Positions 20,970 to 29,482 of a stretch of 64,000 nt of DNA are shown here, in pieces; position 1 is the first letter of the stretch; each line of letters begins with the position of its first letter. The DNA comes from Desulfomonilia bacterium (GTDB taxonomy: Bacteria > Desulfobacterota > Desulfomonilia > UBA1062): positions 64,001 to 128,000 of the forward strand of contig JBEKDT010000002.1 of NCBI GenBank assembly GCA_050014195.1, given 5' to 3'. The notes under the pieces were generated by a model, which saw only the letters and a list, made by a program, of their open reading frames with translations, made no database searches and was not told the DNA's origin. The position numbers and the translations under genes were made by a program.

Positions 20970-22580
20970 ATGTCCTCGAACAGGGTGCCGCTTGATGGGG
21001 TCCTTTCTCCCGATGAATGCCGGATTATTGATGCTTACTCATCTGAGAATCAAGGTGAGGATGCCTTACCAGGCATAGCTGAATTCATCAGGATGAACTT
21101 TTCAGTGAAGATCGATGTCGACCCGGATATCATTGAGGCCTACAAGACCGACAGTTCCAACCTACCCGGGAATGCTTCAGCCCTTGCAAGGCCGTCGAAC
21201 GAACGTGAGTGCGCTCTTATCCTTCGCATGTGCCGGTCATCCCGAATACCCGTCACTCTATCCGCCGGCCGCTCGAACCTCACAGGAAGCGCCACCCCGC
21301 CCGAGGGGATGCTTGTCTCCCTCTCGGAGATGAAAATACCTGGAGTACGGGTTGATCCCATTACGAAAACAGTTGTGAGCCCTGTGGGCATTATTTTCGA
21401 AGACATGAGGAAGTCAGTGCTAGAACAAAGTGAAGGGAAACTCTTCTTTCCCGTCGACCCGACGAGCCGTTTTGATGCCATGGTCGGTGGTGCCATTGCC
21501 TGCAATGCCTCCGGGTTCACGCCGGGAGAGACCGGTGCCATGCGTTCCTGGGTTCGATCTCTTCGGTTCCTCCTTATGAACGGCATGGGCATTACTGCCG
21601 GGCGCGGTCAATATGTCGCCGAGGACGGGATGTTTCTCTTCACTCATGGATCAGACGAGATCCCTGTTCCCGTTCCCAGGTACTCGAGGCCATCGATAAA
21701 AAATGCGAGCGGTCCGTATTCCAACCCGCACGGCAGTGTCGATCTTGTCGATCTGATAATCGGCAGCGAAGGGATATTTGCGCTGGTGACCGGATGCACC
21801 CTGGCATTGTCCGATCATCCGCGTGAATATCTCGATCTGTTCCTTTCACTGCCTGATGAGTCTGATGCCCTGAAGCTTCTCTTTTATCTCTCCGGAAGCC
21901 TGCCGGACCGGTTTTCATCACTCAGCGCCTTTGAATATTTCGGGCCGAATTGCAGGAGATATATGGACCACGAGCACCGGCTTTTCAGGACCGACCATGC
22001 TGTCGGTGTCTATATACAGATCCCCTTGCGGGATGAGCCGCTGGAGCAATCAGCGCAGGAATGGCTTGAGATCCTCCAGGATGCACCGTGCCGGATCCGG
22101 GAGGATGCCATCATGATTCTCCTGACGGATCGTGACAGGACGATCTTCTTCGAGGCACGCCACTCCTTGCCGGCACGCTCGCTTGAGGTGGTGACAAGGC
22201 GCGGCACCCATACCATCATGACCGATACGGTTGTCCCTTTGATGAGGTTTGCCGAGTTCCTTGAATATACCCATGCCCTCATCCGTTCGGAAGGGCTCGA
22301 TTATCTCGTCTTCGGCCACCTGGGCGACTGTCATCTCCATTTCATGATCCTCCCGGAAAAAGACCAGCTACGCCGGGGGGTGGACGTGTACGACAGGATC
22401 ATCGAAAAGTCCTCAGCCCTGGGCGGTGTCTACTCGGGAGAGCACGGCACGGGTAAGAGAAAACGAGGCGATTTTCTGAAATGTTATGGGGCCCAGGCCG
22501 CAGAACAGGTCCTGGCCACGAAACGTGCATTCGACCCCCTGCTCCTCCTCAACCGTGGCAATGTCATAGCATATCCTTAA
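20970..22580 (+). CDS. FAD-linked oxidase, GlcD/D-lactate dehydrogenase family
   Basis: AGRSNLTG, PVDPTS..VGGAIACNASG, GSEG, FGHLGDCHLH, SGEHGTG. Confidence 0.88.
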   Translation: MSSNRVPLDGVLSPDECRIIDAYSSENQGEDALPGIAEFIRMNFSVKIDVDPDIIEAYKTDSSNLPGNASALARPSNERECALILRMCRSSRIPVTLSAGRSNLTGSATPPEGMLVSLSEMKIPGVRVDPITKTVVSPVGIIFEDMRKSVLEQSEGKLFFPVDPTSRFDAMVGGAIACNASGFTPGETGAMRSWVRSLRFLLMNGMGITAGRGQYVAEDGMFLFTHGSDEIPVPVPRYSRPSIKNASGPYSNPHGSVDLVDLIIGSEGIFALVTGCTLALSDHPREYLDLFLSLPDESDALKLLFYLSGSLPDRFSSLSAFEYFGPNCRRYMDHEHRLFRTDHAVGVYIQIPLRDEPLEQSAQEWLEILQDAPCRIREDAIMILLTDRDRTIFFEARHSLPARSLEVVTRRGTHTIMTDTVVPLMRFAEFLEYTHALIRSEGLDYLVFGHLGDCHLHFMILPEKDQLRRGVDVYDRIIEKSSALGGVYSGEHGTGKRKRGDFLKCYGAQAAEQVLATKRAFDPLLLLNRGNVIAYP

Positions 22581-22740
22581 GGCATACTACCTCCATGAAA
22601 GATCCTCACGTCAAATGCCGGTGCATGCGCCTTGACAGCGAACTTTTTGCCTTTATATAAAAAGCAGTACGGAACAAGGCAGTTGGAATCATGGCGTGAT
22701 GGCGGGGAAAAGGTAGCTATTCTCAATATAGGAGGCAAGT

Positions 22741-23322
22741 ATGGCTGCAAAGAAGATCTTGATGCTCGTTGGTGACTATGTGGAAGACTATGAGGTCATG
22801 GTGCCTTTCCAGGCACTGCAGATGGTCGGGCATACGGTACATGCAGTATGCAGCGGCAAGAAATCCGGCGAGCAGGTACGTACGGCAGTGCATGACTTTG
22901 TCGGTGATCAGACCTACAGTGAAAAACCTGGCCACAACTTCACGCTGAATGCGAACTTTGATGACGTGAAGGCGGAAAACTATGATGCGCTGGTAATCCC
23001 CGGCGGGAGAGCACCCGAGTACATCAGGTTGAATCAAGATGTTTTGAAAATCGTTCAGCATTTTGCAAAAGCCAAGAAACCTATTGCATCGATCTGTCAT
23101 GGGGCCCAATTGCTTGCGGCAGCCGGTGTGCTTGAGGGCAAGAGCTGCTCTGCATATCCGGCAGTAGGGCCTGATGTAAAGCAATCCGGTGGTAACTACG
23201 TCGATATCCCCATGGACAAGGCCCATGTTGACGGGAATCTGGTAACCGCACCTGCGTGGCCTGCACATCCTGATTGGCTTGCCAAGTTTCTCAAGGTTCT
23301 GGGAACTGAGATCGTTCTCTAG
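22741..23322 (+). CDS. DJ-1/PfpI family protein
   Basis: [36 protein letters not shown]. Confidence 0.93.
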   Translation: MAAKKILMLVGDYVEDYEVMVPFQALQMVGHTVHAVCSGKKSGEQVRTAVHDFVGDQTYSEKPGHNFTLNANFDDVKAENYDALVIPGGRAPEYIRLNQDVLKIVQHFAKAKKPIASICHGAQLLAAAGVLEGKSCSAYPAVGPDVKQSGGNYVDIPMDKAHVDGNLVTAPAWPAHPDWLAKFLKVLGTEIVL

Positions 23323-23498
23323 CTAAACTGTTTTAGAAATTATCTTGCGAAACTGACAGGTCCACCATGCAGTACATGACTTCTGTGAGGGACGCTGGTA
23401 GCGTTTGCACAAACATAATTGAGCATTGCAATTCTTCCTTGACTGAACTGATCTCAGCGATTAGCCTTCATTATCAACAAATTTTATTGGAGGTACAG

Positions 23499-23618
23499 AT
23501 GAAAAAGCTATTTATACGAATCATAGTTCTCGGCATTTTGGCTGGCATTGGATACCTTGTTTGTAAGAAGTTTTGCAATAAGGGCAATTGTGGTTGCAGT
23601 AATAAAAAAGAGGCTTAA
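23499..23618 (+). CDS. 39-aa single-TM peptide with Cys-rich tail
   Basis: GGAGG RBS, ATG 23499; MKKLFIRIIVLGILAGIGYLVCKKFCNKGNCGCSNKKEA. Confidence 0.6.
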   Translation: MKKLFIRIIVLGILAGIGYLVCKKFCNKGNCGCSNKKEA

Positions 23619-23620
23619 CC

Positions 23621-23803
23621 ATGGCTATGAAAGTCGAGATTAAAGATAACAAGCTTTTCATTGAAATTGACCTGGAAAAACCAACACCATCATCATCCGG
23701 TAAAACCTTGGTAGTCGCCAGCACGCGAGGGAACGTGGTTACCACTGCTCAAGTAGACGGTAAACCTATTACTATCGGGTTGAACGCCTATATCAAACGC
23801 TGA
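23621..23803 (+). CDS. Conserved-looking 60-aa hypothetical protein (SxSGKT..VASTxG motif)
   Basis: GAGG RBS, 2 nt after the previous stop; LFIEIDL..PSSSGKTLVVASTRGN..GLNAY. Confidence 0.75.
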   Translation: MAMKVEIKDNKLFIEIDLEKPTPSSSGKTLVVASTRGNVVTTAQVDGKPITIGLNAYIKR

Positions 23804-24081
23804 ACACGAAGACATGGTGCCTATTGCAGCCCTTATTACTTCTGCAGTATCACAAGGTGAAAGAGTGATCTCAAGGTCAATCCGGAGATCCCGTGGCACC
23901 TGTCTTTCTATCAATATTCCAACCGGATGGCTCATCTTTATTAAGGGATGTTGAATTATTGCAGGAATCAACGGTATGAGAAAATCGTCTCTACCCAAAC
24001 TTTTTCCAGCTTTATGATTAAGGTGCTGACACAGCTATTACTCCTCGAAGATATCGCAGCATTATCTTCAGGAGATACCTT

Positions 24082-24288
24082 TTATAATCTTAATAAGAAC
24101 GGAAGTACTATGAGAAGTATCCCAGTAAAGATAAACAGATACATGTTTTGAACAAAATATGGAAAAGTACAAAGGGCAATTCCTGAAAGCAGTGCGATAC
24201 CCTTCCTCTGCTTCTTGCCATACACAATATATCCCATACCGAATGATCCGAACAAGACTCCTAATAGGAGTGAGGTGGAAATATCCAT
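24082..24288 (-). CDS. Small membrane protein
   Basis: 68 aa; LFGSFGMGYIVYGKKQ..FPYF motif; three hydrophobic stretches. Confidence 0.75.
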   Translation of the reverse strand: MDISTSLLLGVLFGSFGMGYIVYGKKQRKGIALLSGIALCTFPYFVQNMYLFIFTGILLIVLPFLLRL

Positions 24289-24350
24289 AAGTGCCCCTTA
24301 ATCCCTTAGGTCAACCAATAATAGTTCGGCAGGTAAGCTCCTAAACGTTA

Positions 24351-24829
24351 TCATACTAGCCATGGCAGACAGCCCATCTCCAAATACATTGAGAGCTGCC
24401 TAAACTGACGCCCCTTTTCATAGATCGGATCTTGTTTCCCAACCACATATAAAACTGCAATCCCCGGTTTAACCGCAGGGGCATTACGCGGCATGACCGC
24501 TGCGCCCTCAGGGCTGAACCAGCTCAAATAGCTTTTGGTTGTGACATTGATGGTTGATGTATTGCCTTGATTGACATCGGTAAAATCCGACAGTTCGCTG
24601 CTTTTACCTTTATCCACTTGGAATAAGACATTTCCGGAGTTACAACCATGAACCCGTTTCTTTTAAGATTGCTTGCCGGTTCTGAGACAGACGGTGTTGC
24701 CGGCGTACCTCCTTTGCCATGCAGCAACACCACGCCCACTTTATTCTCTGCAGCATAGGCATTCAAGAATACGGTGCTAAGCAAAAAAACTGTTGTCCAA
24801 AGAAGGGCCAAAATCTTTTTATTGTACAT
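24351..24829 (-). pseudogene. Degraded secreted alpha/beta hydrolase
   Basis: Signal peptide plus VVLLHGKGG in one frame; SYLSWFSPEG..AVLYVVG in another; no GxSxG nucleophile segment. Confidence 0.6.
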
Positions 24830-25173
24830 GATAATCGCCTCTACCATCAAAGTATCTGTTAGGCAAAGTTTGAAAGATGGTCAGATACAGATAAGTTGAC
24901 TGCTTCTTTCTTCAGGATCACTCCTGCTTACTCGCCCTGGATAACTTTCATCTGGCCTGAGACAATAGATTATATTTCGAGATCTCTGGTTGTGTGCCAG
25001 AAGATGGGATTGGTGAGTTATCGAAGGAATATTCAATAGTGGCAAACCGACGATCGTGGCACGAAATCTATTAGTGTTATTCCATTATCCCGACGAGAAC
25101 GGAGAGATGGATTGGTGAATTGGGGATGATCGAGCAAAGACAAATGAGCGAGGTGCCGGCAGGAAGGGATGAT

Positions 25174-25565
25174 GGTATAACACAGATTGAGCTAAGCCGC
25201 TTTACTCCGAGCGGGATGACACCTCGTCTATGGGTTTTGTATTCATGATTCGGTAGCTGAGGAAATGAGCTTTTTTAAGAGACATACTGCCCATCGTGAT
25301 GTTTTTTCTCCTCAACCATACCTGTTTTTCCATTGTACGAGCACCCATTTTACGTAAAAAAATATACCTCGGTGGCTGTGGTTTGTCCAGACCTTTGCGG
25401 AGGCCTGCCAATCCCCTGCCTTGAGTAGGAGCCGAGAGTGTGCTAGTCAACCGGACAGATGAATAGCAATGTTTTAACTGAGTGTAATCACAACGTATAA
25501 ATTTGAATATAAGCAGAGGACATGAAGACTGCCGCGAAGCGGCTTAGTTCAATCATCGGTTATGT
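25174..25565. mobile_element. About 390-bp segment bounded by attC-like inverted repeats
   Basis: Left GTATAAC-acaGATTGAGCTAAGCCGCT; right AGCGGCTTAGTTCAATC-atcg-GTTATGT; core arms match at 16/17. Confidence 0.4.
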
Positions 25566-25667
25566 GATCTCAGATTTACTCCAACTTCGAGACCGTATGT
25601 TTCTGTACGCTAGCTCCCGCTGGTCCATGTTACAATTGGCCCCAATAGAAATTAAATCTGTCCTCTC

Positions 25668-26924
25668 CTATGCTTGAGGTTTTCTGGTTAGGAATCCTGA
25701 CAAAAATAACGCCAACAGGGTGTATGTCAGGAACAGGTAATACCCCGGCTGAAGGGAAGTGCCATTCGTAGTTAAGATCACTAGTTCCTGGCCTGCTGAG
25801 CTTAATTGACCGAACTGGCTGGTAATAATCCCATTAAATCCGATATAGGCCATAAATATGGCAACCACCATGACATCGGCCATGGACCATTTCCCGGATT
25901 TTAAGACAAAAAACTTGATCACCGGGTTCTCCCTTGCTTGGTGATAATTGTAATAATATCCCAGTGACGAGGCTATTTTTAACAGGGGAAATACAATACT
26001 GAAGGTAATCATCAAGACTCCGACAAATTTCATCTGGAGATCCTTATGAGTAATCATAATCCAAAATACATCCAAAATGCTTTTACTTTGGAAATACAAT
26101 ACCTGGTTTTCGAAATGGATGGGATGGCCCATCACCATAAAACTCATCTGTGAGATTTTTGCTTCCAGATCGATCGTGGGCGTAGTTACTCCGGCTATCA
26201 GCAGTATGATAAGAGACAGAACAAGGAGTATATACCTGGAGGGGGCCAAAGGTTGCTTGCTAAAACCAGACAAACTAAAAAGGATAACCGACAGAAGGAT
26301 CAACAGGATAGACTCCTTAAAGATCAGGGTCTGCTTAACCAAAATTGCCTTATTGACCTTGATCCTCGCACTTCCGATATCCTTAGAACCAGTCCCAATA
26401 AGGATGCGAATCAGTTGAGATGTATCCTGTGTATCAAAAGTTTGGTTAGAATATTGTTCGAGCTGTTTGTTCAGCAGGGTCTTTATCTGGCCCCTTGTTT
26501 TCGATTCCTTTATCTCATGAATGATGGCATCCGCATATTCAGGAATACTTTTTTTAATATCTTCCAGACTTATAAAAATATTTATAAAGGATTGTTTGAC
26601 CCAACCCTTCACGGAGCCTGAATTCCCTTCTCTGATTTTCTTGTCGATTTCATCAATAAGTGTATTCAACAGAACTTCGACATGTTTTCGGAGCTCCCGC
26701 TCATCCGTCTTTGACAAATCCAGCTTATTGATCTCCGCGGTAAGAATTGCGGTAATTTGTCGTTTCCATTCGTCAACACTTAATAGACCATATTTGATAT
26801 TGTTGAGTTCAGCATAATAGGTTTTGTTCTTTTGGTTGGAAGTTGAATTTGAAATAATTTGCTGGCATAAAATAACCGATGCGATGATGATTATTAAGGA
26901 TAAGATCAATTTGAACAGTTTCAT
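25668..26924 (-). CDS. PqiA (paraquat-inducible protein A) domain membrane protein
   Basis: C-terminal FSIVFPLLKI..SGKWSMADVMVVAI..LQPGYYLF; N-terminal TM plus helical domain; ATG 26924. Confidence 0.8.
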   Translation of the reverse strand: MKLFKLILSLIIIIASVILCQQIISNSTSNQKNKTYYAELNNIKYGLLSVDEWKRQITAILTAEINKLDLSKTDERELRKHVEVLLNTLIDEIDKKIREGNSGSVKGWVKQSFINIFISLEDIKKSIPEYADAIIHEIKESKTRGQIKTLLNKQLEQYSNQTFDTQDTSQLIRILIGTGSKDIGSARIKVNKAILVKQTLIFKESILLILLSVILFSLSGFSKQPLAPSRYILLVLSLIILLIAGVTTPTIDLEAKISQMSFMVMGHPIHFENQVLYFQSKSILDVFWIMITHKDLQMKFVGVLMITFSIVFPLLKIASSLGYYYNYHQARENPVIKFFVLKSGKWSMADVMVVAIFMAYIGFNGIITSQFGQLSSAGQELVILTTNGTSLQPGYYLFLTYTLLALFLSGFLTRKPQA

Positions 26925-27081
26925 AGAGTGACCTTCATCCATCATAATTAGGACCAGCGGGAATATTGGTATGGAGGGATGGCAACGAATGACATTATCA
27001 GACGGTGTCATCCCTTGCTAAAACAATAGTTACAATATGCCTCATTGATTACTCCATCCCCTTAGAGCAGTGTGATGTCAC

Positions 27082-27159
27082 AAAACCCGCAGTTGAAGAA
27101 GGGCTCCCGTGGCCGGCAGTAAATTCATCCTGCAGTGCCGGGGAACCCTCTTCAGTTGC
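27082..27159 (-). terminator. Long hairpin, probable terminator downstream of the YSC84-like gene
   Basis: GCAACTGAAGAGGGTTCCCCGGCA..TGCCGGCCACGGGAGCCCTTCTTCAACTGC followed by GGGTTTT on the minus strand. Confidence 0.55.
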
Positions 27160-27175
27160 CTGCTTTGATAGCTGT

Positions 27176-27730
27176 TTACTTTTTCAGTTTGGTAAATTTC
27201 GAACCTTCTATCGTGGCGCCGGCCATAAGCCCTTTCTGGCCGAAGACAAACCCGACAATAGGTTGCTTGAATTCTTTCGTGTTTAATGATTCATCGGCAC
27301 CGACATTGACCAAGGTTACCTCGGCATCAACACCCGCTTTCCAGTTTTCGCTGGTACGGAATTTCTTCAAGACCTCATTATCCATGAAGACAAGGATGAT
27401 GTCCTTCTTCTGAGCTCCGATCTGATAGCCGAGAGATCCGGCAACGATGTTGTAGTAACCGACCGTTTTCCCGCCGATCCTTAAGGCGCCTTCGCCATAC
27501 TCGGCGCCGGCGACGAACCCACCCTGTATAACCCCAGGGATGATAAGTACCCCCTTGGCGGCGTCAAGAAACTCCTTCGCACCCTTGACTTGCTTGACAA
27601 ATCGGTCGAGGGATGCATTTACGCTGGCATTGATCTCATTGGCCGTGGCCGCGTAAGAGGAAACCGGTAATATTCCTATAATCAAGGCCATGCACACGAC
27701 GTAAAAAATATTAACTCTTTCTTGTTTCAT
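27176..27730 (-). CDS. YSC84-related / SYLF lipid-binding protein
   Basis: Signal peptide; AKGVLIIP, GAEYGEG, GSLGYQIGAQ, WKAGVDA, GLMAGATIEGSK; AAGGAG RBS. Confidence 0.88.
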   Translation of the reverse strand: MKQERVNIFYVVCMALIIGILPVSSYAATANEINASVNASLDRFVKQVKGAKEFLDAAKGVLIIPGVIQGGFVAGAEYGEGALRIGGKTVGYYNIVAGSLGYQIGAQKKDIILVFMDNEVLKKFRTSENWKAGVDAEVTLVNVGADESLNTKEFKQPIVGFVFGQKGLMAGATIEGSKFTKLKK

Positions 27731-27791
27731 TTTTTTCTCCTTTTCTAATGTGTTGGTAAATAAATTATTCAGGCCGACAGCGTCCCACTGT

Positions 27792-27971
27792 TCAATTACC
27801 CAGGACCTTCTTGACCTGGCCGATCTTTTCCTGAACATTGCCGACTATCTTTTCACCGGTACCTTCAGCTTCCAACTTTGGATTATCGCTTATTTCCCCG
27901 GCGATCTCCTTGAACTTACCCCTTACTTTGTGAAACTTGCCTTCCGCCTGGTCCTTCGTACTGTCTTTCAT
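27792..27971 (-). CDS. csbD: CsbD family general stress protein (59 aa; not in the ORF track)
   Basis: Hand-translated MKDSTKDQAEGKFHKVRGKFKEIAGEISDNPKLEAEGTGEKIVGNVQEKIGQVKKVLGN*; AAAGGAGG RBS. Confidence 0.9.
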   Translation of the reverse strand: MKDSTKDQAEGKFHKVRGKFKEIAGEISDNPKLEAEGTGEKIVGNVQEKIGQVKKVLGN

Positions 27972-28023
27972 GGTATTCCTCCTTTGTGCTTGTGGAAATC
28001 AGCAAGTTCCACTTGCATGTTCA

Positions 28024-28344
28024 TTAACTTTGCAGAACCTTGTTGATACCTTGTATCAGTGACATTTTTGATTCTACCGCACGACTGAGTTCTTCGTATT
28101 CCTTCCTGTTTATCGGCTTGACCATGTCCTTCATCTGAAGATGGTTTGTCTGAGAGCAGTATGGACAGGGGACATCGACTGCAAAAAGATCATGGCTTAA
28201 TTCCACCCCTTCATTCTGCAGATAAGAAATACCCATAGATGGGATAGTGGAGGAGCTGAATGTTTCGATAGGAATGATCTCGTGGCATCCAGGAAAATGA
28301 CATTTGAAGATATGATAATTACGGTTTTTTTCAGTATCATTCAT
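28024..28344 (-). CDS. Hypothetical zinc-ribbon protein
   Basis: CHFPGC and CPYC pairs; ATGA overlap with the upstream ORF. Confidence 0.6.
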   Translation of the reverse strand: MNDTEKNRNYHIFKCHFPGCHEIIPIETFSSSTIPSMGISYLQNEGVELSHDLFAVDVPCPYCSQTNHLQMKDMVKPINRKEYEELSRAVESKMSLIQGINKVLQS

Positions 28345-28571
28345 AATAATCTCCCTATAGACAACCTTAATTCTTGAAGAGGTAGATTTAACCTCATTAC
28401 ATTATTACTTTGGGCATCGTACTCCTGGTCAGTATCCGTTCGCGCTATTGCATGCGCATCTTGATTCAACCCCGTTTTAAAATCTAGCGGCTTCTTCAAG
28501 GCGGTGTAATCCAATCCGGCCATTTCTATTGCATTTCTTACAGTCTTAGGATGATTCAACTCGACTACCAT
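28341..28571 (-). pseudogene. N-terminal fragment of a DUF932/DUF945 (phage/plasmid) protein
   Basis: AIEMAGLDYTALKKPL..AIARTDT resembles the start of DUF932 proteins; the ORF ends at 76 aa. Confidence 0.5.
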
Positions 28572-28575
28572 TATT

Positions 28576-28809
28576 CTATGGAGATGGTTCTATATCCGGA
28601 TATGGAGAGAGCATTCGCGGAACTCGTAGACCCAGTCTGCATAAGGACACCTCATTCACTGTAGACTTATACAATGGATGATCTGCGACAGTAATAGTGT
28701 AGAGTGGAAAGAAATCTCCCAACAAATTTTCCTGCCACCCAACGAAAATCGCATCAGAATCCGAATCAGTAAGATTCGTATGTTCAGGAATGTTAGCCTC
28801 CGTTCGCAT
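28576..28809 (-). CDS. Hypothetical protein
   Basis: First gene behind a sigma-54 box; AIFVGWQE..FPLYTI..HPLYKSTV. Confidence 0.55.
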   Translation of the reverse strand: MRTEANIPEHTNLTDSDSDAIFVGWQENLLGDFFPLYTITVADHPLYKSTVNEVSLCRLGLRVPRMLSPYPDIEPSP

Positions 28810-28839
28810 TGAATAATTCAATTGGCGTGGTAAAGTAAG

Positions 28840-28855
28840 AGCAAATGGCCTGCCA
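28840..28855 (-). promoter_or_regulatory. Putative sigma-54 promoter
   Basis: Minus strand TGGCAGGCCATTTGCT, close to consensus. Confidence 0.7.
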
Positions 28856-28953
28856 ATAGCCGAATGAAGATCAGAAGATGAGAATCAACCTTTAATAAAA
28901 GGTGTTAGATGAATATGAGAGAATAGCAGAAAAGTATGAAATGATTCATTTGG

Positions 28954-28987
28954 CCTCACTATTTGGTGGAACCTCAAGATATTGAGG
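28954..28987. promoter_or_regulatory. Putative enhancer (UAS) sites for a sigma-54 activator
   Basis: Palindrome CCTCAAGATATTGAGG (28972-87) and a degenerate neighbour CCTCACTATTTGGTGG (28954-69), about 100-130 nt upstream of the box. Confidence 0.5.
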
Positions 28988-29012
28988 GATGCTTTGAAGA
29001 TAGGTGGACAGT

Positions 29013-29117
29013 CTAATCCGGTTCTTTTGTCTCCGGCCTGACTATCCCGAGCTTATGCATCCTCGCTCTTAAGGTGCTCGGATGGAGGCCTAGGATCGCT
29101 GCGGCCTTGTCCTTTCC
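29013..29117 (-). pseudogene. C-terminal Fis-type HTH remnant of an FhlA/HyfR-like sigma-54 activator
   Basis: Hand-translated GKDKAAAILGLHPSTLRARMHKLGIVRPETKEPD*; no upstream AAA+ domain. Confidence 0.75.
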
Positions 29118-29482
29118 AAAATAACGGACTTATGGCTTAGATGAATTGGAATTGGAGAGTTATCTTTGGGTGGCATGCGCAAAGCTTAAGGCTTGCCCAC
29201 GGAAAAGATCTTTTTAGTCAGTATAATCCCATAGTGTTGATCTCTGCGATAAATGATCGGTTCCACCTGTCCTGAGAAACTGAAGATCTTGTGCCATAGG
29301 ACACGGTCTGCTATGAAGGGATAGGCTTCGTATGTTTCAACCCAAGATCTTCGGTTTTTTAAAAATCTCAAAACCGTGATGAAATCGAGAAATATTCACT
29401 TTAAATGAATATACCTATGTATTTGGTACTACAATTTCCTTGAACAATTAACCATACTGATTTCATACAGGAGCTTAGGCAA

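Noticed and set aside
24858-24864. GTTAGGC integron core site
   Set aside because: An isolated 7-mer with no paired arm.
25340-25460. HEARO/omega-RNA (GTTGACTAG) or c-di-GMP riboswitch
   Set aside because: Only short word matches; no IscB/TnpB ORF and no GGCAAA..GAAA..GACGCAAA layout.
29186-29371. 61-aa ORF
   Set aside because: TTG start, no RBS and no motif; at most an unidentifiable remnant.
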